DNA of 63,699 nt, filler included, from Nitrospirae bacterium CG2_30_53_67 (GTDB taxonomy: Bacteria; CG2-30-53-67), in NCBI GenBank assembly GCA_001873285.1. It is 6 parts of 6 records of this genome, joined end to end, with 100 filler letters (N's around TTAATTAATTAA, not from the genome) between each part and the next. Parts side by side here need not be neighbours in the genome. Positions count along the whole stretch, not along the records: positions 36,046 to 55,446 come from MNYV01000054.1; positions 55,547 to 59,646 come from MNYV01000141.1; positions 59,747 to 63,699 come from MNYV01000001.1; 3 more parts are not named here. The stretch is one strand, 5' to 3'. Under the pieces are notes generated by a model, which saw nothing but the letters and a program-made list of their open reading frames with translations, was not told where the DNA came from and made no database searches. Position 1 is the first letter of the stretch. Each line of letters opens with the position of its first letter. A program made the translations under genes and the position numbers. Shown in pieces: positions 51,199-60,913 of this stretch.

Positions 51199-52688
51199 AG
51201 GGATGCATGATCCGGGTTATTTTCCTTTTGTGCGCGGCGCTTTGGATCATGACTCCATGCCGATCAGCCCATGCCGAGGGCTTTCTACCCCTGACCGGCG
51301 CCGTGCATGTCCATTCCTCGGATTTCAGCAGCGGGGACCATACCCTTTCCGATCTGGTCGACATGGCCAGGAAACGCGGGCTGGACGTGATCGTTCTGAC
51401 CGACCATGATCGCATCGCCTTGTCCTATGGGATCCCCCCCTTCCGTCATCTGCTATCCTTGGGCTTTTCACGGAACTCTGTCCTGAAGCGGGGGGCGCGT
51501 CAATATCTTGATGCGGTCAACAAGCTCAATGCCGAGAACCCGGACATGATTTTAATACCGGGGATCGAATCCGCCCCGTTTTATTACTGGACCGGATCCA
51601 TCTTCAAGGGGAACCTGACGGTCCACGGGTTGAGAAAACATATCCATGTGATCGGGCTGACCAACCCTGATGACATTGAACATCTCCCCATTCTCGAAAG
51701 CGGGTTCTCGACCCGGTATGTCATGAAACTCCTTCCCCGGTTCCTTCTATTCTTCGGGATCATTCTCTTGAGCCTGGTCCTGATCACCTGGAAGGGAATC
51801 TACAAAACTGCCGGGCGGATTTTACTCCTTCTCGGCGTCCTGGGAGCGTTGAATGCCCACCCGTTCAAGAGTTCACTCTTCGATCCTTACCATGGGAATC
51901 AGGGGGCAGCCCCATTCCAGGAGGTCATTGATTATGCGGATGCGCACGGCGGCATGACCTTCTGGGCCCATCCGGAAGCGAACTACGGGGTCACCGAAAC
52001 CGGGCCCGACAAAAAAATCCTAAGATTCAAAATCCCCAGAGTTTTTATGCAAACAGAAAAGTATGCGTCGGATCTCATCACAACCCATGGTTATACCGGA
52101 TTCGAATCCCTCTACGGGGATACGATCCATGCAACGGAGCCGGGCAAGGAATGGGACCAGGCGTTGATCCGATACTGTGATGGGGGAAGAAAAAAACCGG
52201 TCTGGGGGCTCTGCGGCCTGGACTTCCACAAGCAGGGGCAGAACTCGTGGTCCTATCTGGACAGGGGAGAGACCGTGTTCTGGGTTCAGGAAAAGACCTG
52301 TGAACAAGTCCTGAACGCCATGCGCAATGGAAGGATGTATGCCGTGTATCAGGGGGGGGATTCCAAAATCCGCCTGAATTCATTTTCACTGGCCTCTCAA
52401 GACGGGGAAAGCGAGATTTCCGGAGGGACCGTGGAAACCCGCGGAGAATCACTGAATCTTCATCTTAGCGTAAACTTCAGTGATGCGGCTCAGGTCCCCG
52501 TCCGGATCGAGATCATCGATTCCGGAAAGACCCTCTACACCCTCGAAGGGAAGACCCCTCTCAATGTGATACAGGATATTACACCGAGCAGGGCCAAAGG
52601 ATATGTCCGTGCCGTAGTCCGGGCGGACAAGTACCGGATCGTCGCCAATCCGATCTTCTACAAGGATCCCACAAAGTTGACCCCTTGA
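51195..52688 (+). CDS. PHP-domain metallo-phosphoesterase with an internal TM hairpin
   Basis: HVHS, TDHD, GIE, AHP, DFH; two hydrophobic helices at about aa 180-220. Confidence 0.75.
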   Translation: MKGCMIRVIFLLCAALWIMTPCRSAHAEGFLPLTGAVHVHSSDFSSGDHTLSDLVDMARKRGLDVIVLTDHDRIALSYGIPPFRHLLSLGFSRNSVLKRGARQYLDAVNKLNAENPDMILIPGIESAPFYYWTGSIFKGNLTVHGLRKHIHVIGLTNPDDIEHLPILESGFSTRYVMKLLPRFLLFFGIILLSLVLITWKGIYKTAGRILLLLGVLGALNAHPFKSSLFDPYHGNQGAAPFQEVIDYADAHGGMTFWAHPEANYGVTETGPDKKILRFKIPRVFMQTEKYASDLITTHGYTGFESLYGDTIHATEPGKEWDQALIRYCDGGRKKPVWGLCGLDFHKQGQNSWSYLDRGETVFWVQEKTCEQVLNAMRNGRMYAVYQGGDSKIRLNSFSLASQDGESEISGGTVETRGESLNLHLSVNFSDAAQVPVRIEIIDSGKTLYTLEGKTPLNVIQDITPSRAKGYVRAVVRADKYRIVANPIFYKDPTKLTP

Positions 52689-52716
52689 CCCCTTGACCCC
52701 TTGGCCCCTTGAACCC
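52677..52716. repeat. Solo GACCCCTT octamer array (MITE A arm)
   Basis: TTGACCCC x3 then TTGGCCCC and TTGAACCC, between convergent genes. Confidence 0.7.
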
Positions 52717-53975
52717 TATATTCCCCTACTGATCAGTATCCTCCCTCCCACCATCACCATGCGGATATGACGGTTATCCGTTCTGCTGATCAGATCCGAG
52801 GCCGGATCATTTACGCTTGACCGCTTCCATTCCACCGCGATCAGATCGGCCTCCTTTCCTGTTTTGATGGATCCGATCTCCGATGCAAGTCCCAGCCCCT
52901 CGGCCCCGCCCAGCGTGGCCATCCTCAGGAGAGAATCCGCTGTCATGGATGATGAGTCCTTGAATGATGAGTAAACATGCCGCATCTCATCCCAGAGAGA
53001 AAGCGTGGTGTTGCTGGCCAGGCTGTCCGTACCGAGCCCTACAGGGATCTTTTTTTGAATCAGGGCCGGAACCGGAGGCCGGCCCACACCGAGCATCTGG
53101 TTGCTCCGGGCGCAGACCACCACCTTGGCCCCTGCCTTCCGGATCCGGTCCATGTCTCCGGGGGAAAGGTGCACGCCGTGCGCGATCAGGAGCCGGTCCG
53201 TGACCAGCCCGAGCCTGTCCAGGTACAGTAGCGGAGAGACGACCTCCTTGGGATCGGGCTGATCCTGCCATTCCACGGCAGGGAACAGGCGGGACTTGAT
53301 CCCCCCGCTATGTTCAAGGAAGTATTCCTGCTCTTCACGGGACTCGGCCACATGCATGGTATACGGCAAAGATTCTTTTTTCAAAAGCCCGGACAGTACG
53401 TACAGCCGCTCCTCGGAGAGGGTATAAGGTGTGTGCGGGGAGAGGCCCATGGTGATGAGTCCGCCTTGACTCTCATGGAGGCTCCGGATCTTCCCGGTCA
53501 GTTCATTTTTCCAATGTTCAGGATCTTTTTCGTCCCTGCCGAGGACTTCAAAGAAGACCACGCCTCGGAGACCTTTCTCTCTCAGGATCTCAGGGCTGAT
53601 GGGTGTATTGGTGATCTCGCCGAAACAGGTCGTCCCGGATGACAGGCCTTGCTCCGCTCCGGCCCGTATGGATTCCTCAATTTCATCCGGGGTCATCTTT
53701 CTTTTTTCTCGGATCAGATCAAGAATCCAGGAGATAAAGTCCCCCTGATGGGAGAGGCGGTTCCGGAGCAGGGTCAGCTCCAGGTGCGTATGGGCATTGA
53801 CCAGTCCCGGCATCAGCACACACCCCTTGAAGTCCCGCCTCGGAAGATCCGGATACCTGCGGCAGATGGATGGTTCGTCACCCACAGTCAGGATCTTCGA
53901 ACCCTGAATGGCCACTGCGCCATGGTACAGGGGATGGGAGGAGACAGGAAGGATGCAGTCTGCGGTGAGGATCAT
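52716..53975 (-). CDS. Metal-dependent amidohydrolase (MtaD / aminodeoxyfutalosine deaminase-like)
   Basis: NAHTHLE, SPHTPY, HVAES, HGVH, GTDSLASN. Confidence 0.85.
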   Translation of the reverse strand: MILTADCILPVSSHPLYHGAVAIQGSKILTVGDEPSICRRYPDLPRRDFKGCVLMPGLVNAHTHLELTLLRNRLSHQGDFISWILDLIREKRKMTPDEIEESIRAGAEQGLSSGTTCFGEITNTPISPEILREKGLRGVVFFEVLGRDEKDPEHWKNELTGKIRSLHESQGGLITMGLSPHTPYTLSEERLYVLSGLLKKESLPYTMHVAESREEQEYFLEHSGGIKSRLFPAVEWQDQPDPKEVVSPLLYLDRLGLVTDRLLIAHGVHLSPGDMDRIRKAGAKVVVCARSNQMLGVGRPPVPALIQKKIPVGLGTDSLASNTTLSLWDEMRHVYSSFKDSSSMTADSLLRMATLGGAEGLGLASEIGSIKTGKEADLIAVEWKRSSVNDPASDLISRTDNRHIRMVMVGGRILISRGI

Positions 53976-54248
53976 GGGTACTCCTAAAATCTCAGCCTTA
54001 AAATGGTGATCCGAAAAGAGACCGGTTCAGAATAAGATGTCAGTGAATCGCTGTCAAGGGATTGTTGATTCAGGTAATGTATCATTCTTTGTGTCAGGGA
54101 AAGGAATGGGGTACATTAACGAGGTTGGAAAGGTTTTTCATTTATCAACCTAACTCGATAGGAGGTACCCCATGTCCGGTGTTGCGATTGTAAGTGTAAA
54201 GCAAGCGTTTAGAGAGATCAAGAGCTATGATTTGGATGGTTGGGAAAA

Positions 54249-54331
54249 TATATATAGGGTATATATAGGGGGGGTATATATAGGGGGTCAAATCTTTATA
54301 CTTGACAAACGGATCTTATTTGCATTATAAG
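54249..54331 (+). promoter_or_regulatory. RAYT-type element end with TATATATAGGG x3 repeats and a sigma70-like promoter
   Basis: GGGGTCAAATC end motif; TTGACA (54302)-N18-TATAAG. Confidence 0.5.
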
Positions 54332-54341
54332 ATTCATCACG

Positions 54342-55446
54342 ATGACCCGACCATTAAGAATACAGTATCCCGGAGCGGTCTATCATGTGACCTGCAGAGG
54401 GAATGAGAGGCGAAAGATATACCATGATGATACGGACAGAATAAAGTTTCTTGAAATCCTTGCGCAGACAAAAGGGATCTATACCGTCAAGATTCACGGT
54501 TACGTCCTCATGAGCAACCATTTCTGCCCCTCCTGTCACGCAAAAAAGGTGATTGAGTTCGGGGGCCGTCTTGGCCAGTCCATTCTTTATCCGGTGCCTC
54601 ACCGCCAATATGTCTTCACCGTTCCGATACTGCTCCGTGTCTACTTCAAGTATGATCGGCGACTTCTCAGCAAACTCTGCCGATCCGCCTACGAGAGCCT
54701 GCTCATTTTTCTACGCACCACTCTCAAGCTTCCCCATGGCATCCCTGGGTGCATCATGACCATCCAAACCTTTGGAGAATATCCGGACCGCTTCCATCCC
54801 CACCTTCATGCATTGGTCTCGGACGAGCTTTTTAAGCGGGCCGGCACTTTTTATGTGATGCCCAAAGTTGATCTCAAATTTCTGGAGGAGATTTTCCGTG
54901 CTAAGGTCTTGGGCATGCTGAAGGCAGAGGGAAAGATCGGAGATGAGACGATCCGCAAGCTCTTGATCTGGCGTCATTTAGGTTTCAATGTTCACAATGG
55001 CGTGCGGATCAGAAGGTAGGATGCGGAGGGACGGGAGCGGCTCTCCCGGTATATTCTTCGAAACACCTTTTCGGTAGAGAAGATGAGCTATGCGGAAGAG
55101 ACAGGTCATGTCATCTACCAGTCCAAAATGACGCATGGAAAGAACAAAAAGAACTTCGAGGTCTATGAGGCCACGGCGTTTATTGCCGCCATTACGCAAC
55201 ACATTCCGCAGAAATCATTCCAGATGGTCCGGTATTACGGATGGTATTCCAACCGATCCAGAGGTATGCGATTGAAACAGGGTATTCAGAGACCGGGGGA
55301 TGAGACTCCAGAATCCGACCAGGCCTTCGAGATCATTGATGTAACGGAGCATGAGGTAAGGAAGATCCCCTCAAAGACATGGCGGGACTGTATCAAAAAG
55401 ATCTACGAGGTGGATCCGCTATCTTGCCCGAACTGCGGCGGAGAGA
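54342..55446 (+). pseudogene. Chimeric transposase: RAYT Y1 N-terminus fused to an IS91-family Y2 transposase; internal TAG; cut by gap
   Basis: YHVTCRGN..LMSNH, then FCPSC, HRQYVFTVP, QTFG..FHPHLH, RYYGWYSNR, DPLSCPNCGG; TAG at 55017-55019 with the frame continuing. Confidence 0.8.
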
Positions 55447-55608
55447 NNNNNNNNNNNNNNNNNNNNNNNNNNNNNNNNNNNNNNNNNNNNTTAATTAATT
55501 AANNNNNNNNNNNNNNNNNNNNNNNNNNNNNNNNNNNNNNNNNNNNTTTTTTCCTGCATCCATCCTGCACACATCTCATGGGAAGGTCTTTTGCCCCGGC
55601 GGGGTTAA

Positions 55609-55771
55609 GTGGTCCTGTTCGTAAATACGGTAACGTACCGAGAGTGCCGTAGGGCGGCCTCATCCCCGCGCGCGACTGAGGCGTACCCCCTGCGGTACGT
55701 CGCAAGGAGCGGAACGCCGAGGAGGCCGCCCTACGGCACTCGAATGCGACCGTATTTACGAATAGGACCAC
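55609..55771 (-). mobile_element. MITE family B, copy 4
   Basis: Same TIRs, TAA flanks; overlaps the addA 3' end. Confidence 0.85.
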
Positions 55772-58700
55772 TAAGGCCCTGATCGTGGGAAAGCATGAAA
55801 GGGGCGGGGAGGGCCTGAATCTTCCGTATCAAGGAGAGAATCTCTTCTTCGGCTGCATCCGGATCGAAATGAATCGGATGGATGACATTAGGCTGCAGAA
55901 AAACGAGCGCGGCCTCGACGTCTTCATTGAAAAGACGGTGTACGGCCAGGGCATATATCTCGATCTGGAAGCGGTATTCCTCGGCTTTTAGTGTGGCTTC
56001 GGACTCCGTCATCCGGTCGGTCTTGTAGTCAATGAGGGTGAGCCGTCCATGTGAATTCCGGTAGAGCTTGTCGATGACTCCCTGGACTTGGCAGGAGGAG
56101 CCGAGCTTGAGCACAAAGGGGATCTCGGTTGAGACCTCGGAGGCCTTTCGGATCTCCTCTGCGGTCTTTGTGGCGGAGAATCGTCTCAGGAGTTCAAGGG
56201 ACTGCGCCCTTAATTCTTCCGTTTCCCCAGGCGCAAGCCGGATTCGGTTAAGCTCCAGATCCACAAGCGCCGTGAGTGAAGACTCTTTCAGGTCCCAGCG
56301 CTGAAGCATCCGGTGGACAAGGCTCCCAAGGTTTTTCCCTCCGGCAGTATGGAGGTCGAGTTCCGGAAGGGAGGGTTCCTTGATCCCGCAGGGTTGTGTG
56401 AGATCATATCCCTCTGTGCCTTTCCGGCCTGCACTCGGTTTGCCGGTGAAGGCCGAGAGTTGTGTGGCTGTGAATCGGACGGGCCGTGAGGGGGCCGGGG
56501 CCAGGGCCGACCGTTCGAGCAGGGCCCGTGCGGCGTCATGATCCGGGACCGGGACCGGTTCTCCCTGCAGGATCCCCGGGTAGGTTTCCATCCAGGTAGG
56601 CTCGTGAGGGATGCGCCGGCTTGGAGTGACGGCTTGGGTGAAGACGCGAACCTTCCGGTCTCCATACGGGATGTCTTCGTGATAGTTTTCCTCGGAGATG
56701 CCGAAGGCCTGCTTGATCCAGTCCATGGGCGCGGCCGAGCCGGGTTTGGGCTTCTTGGGGAAGCTCGGCTGACCGGAGAGGACCAGGAAATCTTTGGCCC
56801 GTGTGGCCGCAACATAGAAGAGCCGCTTCTCTTCATCGGCCTCATTGAACTTGGATGACTCCATGATCCGCTTCCGGATGTAGGAATCCCTGAAACTTCC
56901 CCTGTCGTCCGGTGTCTGTATCCCGATGCCGATGTCCCGGTGGACCTGGAGCGGTCCGGACCTTCCCCCGTCCCTGGCCGCAAGATCCGGCAGAAAGACC
57001 ACGGGGAACTCCATCCCCTTGGCCTTGTGCACGGTGAGGATGCGGACCGTGTCCTTTGTCTCCTCGTCCATCGGGGATTCGGCCTCACGCGTATGCCTCT
57101 CCATGAGTTCCTCGATATGATCAACGAAGTCCGAGAGGTCGAAGAAGGGCTTTAATGAGAACTCCCGTGCAAAATCCATGAGTTTTTTGAGATTGGCATA
57201 GCGCTGTTTCCCGTGCACCGGATCGGTCAGGAGCATGGCCGGGTATCCGGACATGTCGAGAAAACGTCCGATGAGCTCAGGGATGCGGATCCTGTCCCGC
57301 ACGGATCGGAGCTTCTCGATCATCTCCCGCGCCCGTATCAGGATCTTCTTTTCAGACTCACTGATCTCCCGGATGGATTCGGTCTCGCTCAATCCTTGGG
57401 ACAGGGACCGCCCGCGGGTCATGAAGAAGAGGGTCTCATCCCTGAGTCCCACGCAGGGGCTGCGAAGGAGACCGGCCAGGGCCGCCTGGTCTTCGGGGTA
57501 GAGGAGGACCCTGAGGACATTTTCGACATCGATCACCTCCTGCTTCTCGAAGAATCCGGCCCCGCCTATGACCGTGAAGGGGATGCCGAGCCGCCTGAGA
57601 GCGTTCTCATAGATCTTGAGCCCGGTCATGGCCCTGAAGAGGATCGCGATATCTCCGAACTGCACGGCCCGTTTTTCACCCGGAGAGACATAGATCCTCT
57701 CTTCTTTGTTTTCGACCATGTCCCGGATACGGGCGGCGATCCATGCGGCTTCCTGCCGGCGTGTCTCCTCCATCAAGATCCTTTCCCCTGAGCTGGAAAC
57801 AGAGAAGAAGCATTCCACGAAGTGGCCGCCGTCGACGCTCCCCATGTGGGGTTCGAGCGCCTCAAAGCCGATCGCATTCCCTGTCTGCGTGCGATCACGC
57901 ACAGGCAGGCCGGATCCGGCGCCGGTGAGAAAGATTCCGGAGAAGAGGTGATTGATAAAATCGAGAATCTCTTTCTGGCTCCGGAAATTCCTGTTCAGGG
58001 GGATGACCCCTTGTGGATCATGCGCCTGGATCTCCTGCCGGAAGGCCTGGAACACGGAGACGTCCGCGCCGCGGAAGCTGTAGATCGACTGCTTTGCGTC
58101 CCCTACGGCGAAGATGCGCCCCGGCTCGTCCCCTATGATGCGCCGGACGATCTCCATCTGCACGCGGTCCGTATCCTGGAGCTCGTCCATGAGCAGGGTC
58201 GAGATCTCCCGCTGACAGCGGTTTCTTACTTCCGCGTTCTCCCGGAGAAGGCCGAGCGTGAGGATCAGGAGGTCGTCGAAGTCCACGGCCCCGCGCGCGT
58301 ATTTTTCCGTACGGTACCGTTCGTTTATAAGATCGAATTCAAAGATGAGGGTGCGGAGAAGGGCCAGGTCCTGCTCCGCCTTTTCCTCATCATAGAGCAG
58401 GAGAAGGCCTGCCGACAGGGTCTTGAGTTCCATGAGAATGGCCTTCACGTTTTTTAATGCCTCTTCTCCCCATTTCTTTTTACTTCCGCCTTTCAGATGG
58501 ATGGAGGAGAGCGCGGCCAGGATGTCTGCTGAAAGATCTTTTGATGAAACGAGGGTGAGGGCCTCCTGCCGGGTCTTCTCAATCAGGTCTTCCGGATCCG
58601 GGCAGGTCAGGAGTTCAAGGCGCCTGGCCAGGGACTGCGCCTCGGTCCGGGCCTGCTCACGCAGGGGCGCCATGATCTCCCGGTCCGAGAGGCCGCGATA

Positions 58701-59288
58701 CCTTTCCGACCAGGCGGAAATGATTTCACGCTGTTCCAGCATCCGGGCCAGCAACTCCTGTGTGCGGCGGAGCCCGTATGCGGTGAGAAGCCGGATCATG
58801 GTCTCGGCCTCCTGGTTCAGGCGCTCGTTGATGAAGTCCTTGACGGTCCTATGGAGCAGGATGATGGTCTCGGTTTCGTTCAGGGTCATGAAGCGGGGGT
58901 CGATACCGGCCTCGATCGCGTTCTCTTTGAGAATGCGGGCGCAGAATCCGTGAATGGTCTGGATCCAGGCCGAACCCATCTCCAGGAATCTCCGGGACCA
59001 GATCTCCTTTTCCTCAGGATTCGCAGCAAGGGCGATCCTTGCCTGGATCTTGCTGCGGATCTTTTCCTTCATCTGATTGGCGGCCTTCTCCGTGAAGGTG
59101 ATGGCGGCGATCCCTTGGACCTCCATGCCGCCGTGTTCGAGCAGGTAGAGGTACCGGTCCACCAGGACCGTGGTCTTTCCGGAACCGGCCCCGGCCGAGA
59201 CACAGAGGTTGCGGCCCAGGGTGGTGACGGCCCGCATCTGGTTATGGGTCAGCCGGATCTCTTGATGATGGGCTGGTGTCGGGTTCAT
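55731..59288 (-). CDS. addA: AddA/RecB-like UvrD helicase with C-terminal PD-(D/E)XK nuclease
   Basis: AGAGSGKT, DELQDT, GDAKQSIYSFRGAD, TVHKAKGMEF, GVIDKL..IDYKT..QIEIY. Confidence 0.88.
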   Translation of the reverse strand: MNPTPAHHQEIRLTHNQMRAVTTLGRNLCVSAGAGSGKTTVLVDRYLYLLEHGGMEVQGIAAITFTEKAANQMKEKIRSKIQARIALAANPEEKEIWSRRFLEMGSAWIQTIHGFCARILKENAIEAGIDPRFMTLNETETIILLHRTVKDFINERLNQEAETMIRLLTAYGLRRTQELLARMLEQREIISAWSERYRGLSDREIMAPLREQARTEAQSLARRLELLTCPDPEDLIEKTRQEALTLVSSKDLSADILAALSSIHLKGGSKKKWGEEALKNVKAILMELKTLSAGLLLLYDEEKAEQDLALLRTLIFEFDLINERYRTEKYARGAVDFDDLLILTLGLLRENAEVRNRCQREISTLLMDELQDTDRVQMEIVRRIIGDEPGRIFAVGDAKQSIYSFRGADVSVFQAFRQEIQAHDPQGVIPLNRNFRSQKEILDFINHLFSGIFLTGAGSGLPVRDRTQTGNAIGFEALEPHMGSVDGGHFVECFFSVSSSGERILMEETRRQEAAWIAARIRDMVENKEERIYVSPGEKRAVQFGDIAILFRAMTGLKIYENALRRLGIPFTVIGGAGFFEKQEVIDVENVLRVLLYPEDQAALAGLLRSPCVGLRDETLFFMTRGRSLSQGLSETESIREISESEKKILIRAREMIEKLRSVRDRIRIPELIGRFLDMSGYPAMLLTDPVHGKQRYANLKKLMDFAREFSLKPFFDLSDFVDHIEELMERHTREAESPMDEETKDTVRILTVHKAKGMEFPVVFLPDLAARDGGRSGPLQVHRDIGIGIQTPDDRGSFRDSYIRKRIMESSKFNEADEEKRLFYVAATRAKDFLVLSGQPSFPKKPKPGSAAPMDWIKQAFGISEENYHEDIPYGDRKVRVFTQAVTPSRRIPHEPTWMETYPGILQGEPVPVPDHDAARALLERSALAPAPSRPVRFTATQLSAFTGKPSAGRKGTEGYDLTQPCGIKEPSLPELDLHTAGGKNLGSLVHRMLQRWDLKESSLTALVDLELNRIRLAPGETEELRAQSLELLRRFSATKTAEEIRKASEVSTEIPFVLKLGSSCQVQGVIDKLYRNSHGRLTLIDYKTDRMTESEATLKAEEYRFQIEIYALAVHRLFNEDVEAALVFLQPNVIHPIHFDPDAAEEEILSLIRKIQALPAPFMLSHDQGLSGPIRKYGRIRVP

Positions 59289-59325
59289 GGGTGTTTATAT
59301 TTCTCTTTCCGTGGTTATTATTTCA

Positions 59326-59568
59326 GGTTCTTCTCCCATTTAATAGGTAAAAAGGGTTCGAGGGTTGAAGGTCCATAGTGTTCCAGGGGTCGAGGGGTCA
59401 AGGGTTCAAGTGAGATACTGAAACGCAAGCAAAATCTTCAGAGAAAAACACTGGAACCCTTGGACCCTATAATCCTCGGCCCCTTATGATTTTAGCACTT
59501 CACTTGACCCCTGGAATCCTTGACCCCTTGACCCCTGATGTTTTCACCCGCTCTTTTGGAGATGATCC
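59326..59568. mobile_element. MITE family A, full-length
   Basis: Both TIRs; flanks TTATTTCA and TTATGTCA. Confidence 0.9.
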
Positions 59569-59746
59569 TTATGTCATATCCCCTTTGGGGAGAAGATTCA
59601 CACGTTAGAAGTCTTAATAAACTTCAAACTTGCATAACTCCTAACGNNNNNNNNNNNNNNNNNNNNNNNNNNNNNNNNNNNNNNNNNNNNTTAATTAATT
59701 AANNNNNNNNNNNNNNNNNNNNNNNNNNNNNNNNNNNNNNNNNNNN

Positions 59747-59979
59747 AACCTCCTCGATATCCCTCTTGAGTCTCATTAACTTCTCATCCCTGATATAACC
59801 AAGATCTCCAGCGAGTAATACTTGTGTCTCCAATTCGCAATTTGTAAATCTCCAAGCATAATTGATAAGACTGGGGCCCTTCCTTTAACTCCTTGTAGTG
59901 TTTGAGCACTTCACTTGACCCCTGGAATCCTTGACCCCTTGCCCCCTGATGTTTTCACCCACTCTTTTGGAGATGATCC
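59747..59979 (-). mobile_element. MITE family A with a differently deleted four-helix-bundle gene (cut by gap)
   Basis: MLKHYKELK..SYQLCLEIYK joined out of frame to CELETQVLLAGDLGYI..DIEEV; TIR ends at 59979. Confidence 0.85.
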
Positions 59980-60163
59980 GTTAATTAAAGTGCCCCCGGA
60001 ATTTATCAATGGTTCAAGTGTGATCGGAATGAAGTATGGTGGGTCCCTCCGGAATTCCAGACAAGAAAACCCTTGAAATGCGTCTGATAATGGATATAAT
60101 AAAAAAGTCGGGGACGCATTCAATACGATCGTGCACCGAGTCCTGCGGAATAGGGGGAGGAGT

Positions 60164-60352
60164 ATGATGAAAGTCATTGTTGAGATAAAAGACAAAGAGG
60201 AAATGAAGAAAATCATGAAGATGTTCGGCAAGGAGCACGTTGCAGTCGTCAAGCCTCATAAGGAACGAATCCTCGATACGATCTTTAACAAATTCAAAGT
60301 AAAACTCCCTGCACGATACAAATTCGACAGGGAGGAAATCCATGCCCGATAA
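60164..60352 (+). CDS. Small putative antitoxin of a PIN-type TA pair
   Basis: Strong SD GGGGGAGG; C-terminal YKFDREEIHAR; own TTGAAA/TATAAT promoter at about 60073-60100. Confidence 0.6.
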   Translation: MMKVIVEIKDKEEMKKIMKMFGKEHVAVVKPHKERILDTIFNKFKVKLPARYKFDREEIHAR

Positions 60353-60371
60353 GGCATTCATTAATAATTGA
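60342..60371 (+). pseudogene. Remnant start of a PIN-domain toxin
   Basis: MPDKAFINN* overlapping the antitoxin end; resembles the M.DK.F.DTN start of PIN toxins. Confidence 0.4.
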
Positions 60372-60620
60372 AGAACCATCAGCACTAACATATCCGGTAC
60401 TGTAATCACCCAGTTTGAGTTTACCGTTCGAATCCACAGAATATGTCCCGCTGATTAATGGATTAGTAACCTCTCAGACCCAAAAGTCGCGAAAAAAGCG
60501 GAGAAATCATTAAGAATATCTTAGAGAATGTTTTTTGTAGCTGGAGGGGCCGGACCTCGGCAGCTATGAAATGTCCAGAAGAAGGTTCATTCAAGATCCG
60601 TGAGTGGCAGAAAAAACAAC

Positions 60621-60649
60621 TTGACACAAATAGAACGGTGTTATATATT
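60621..60649 (+). promoter_or_regulatory. Sigma70 promoter for the IclR operon, with an overlapping palindrome
   Basis: TTGACA-N17-TATATT; ATAGAAC-GGT-GTTATAT. Confidence 0.6.
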
Positions 60650-60703
60650 TTTGGCATCATAATATTATAATCTCCGGATGTATTTCACGAGATGTAAAGC
60701 CAA

Positions 60704-60865
60704 GTGGTCCTGTTCGTAAATATGGTGAAGTACCGAGAGGGTCGTAGGGTGGTCTCATCAAGGCGCGCGACTGAGGCGTACCCCTCTGGTACACCGCAAG
60801 GAGCGGAACTTTGATCCGACCGCCCTACGGCACTCGAATGCCACCGTATTTACGAATAGGGCCAC
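60704..60865 (-). mobile_element. MITE family B, copy 5
   Basis: Same TIRs; CAA and TAA flanks. Confidence 0.85.
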
Positions 60866-60913
60866 TAAACTTCCTTCACTATTCAAACCCTGTAAAAAAA
60901 GTGAAAACACCCT

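Noticed and set aside
55017..55019. Pyrrolysine or programmed read-through of TAG
   Set aside because: It lies in a chimeric, decaying transposase and there is no supporting machinery; a simple nonsense mutation is more likely.
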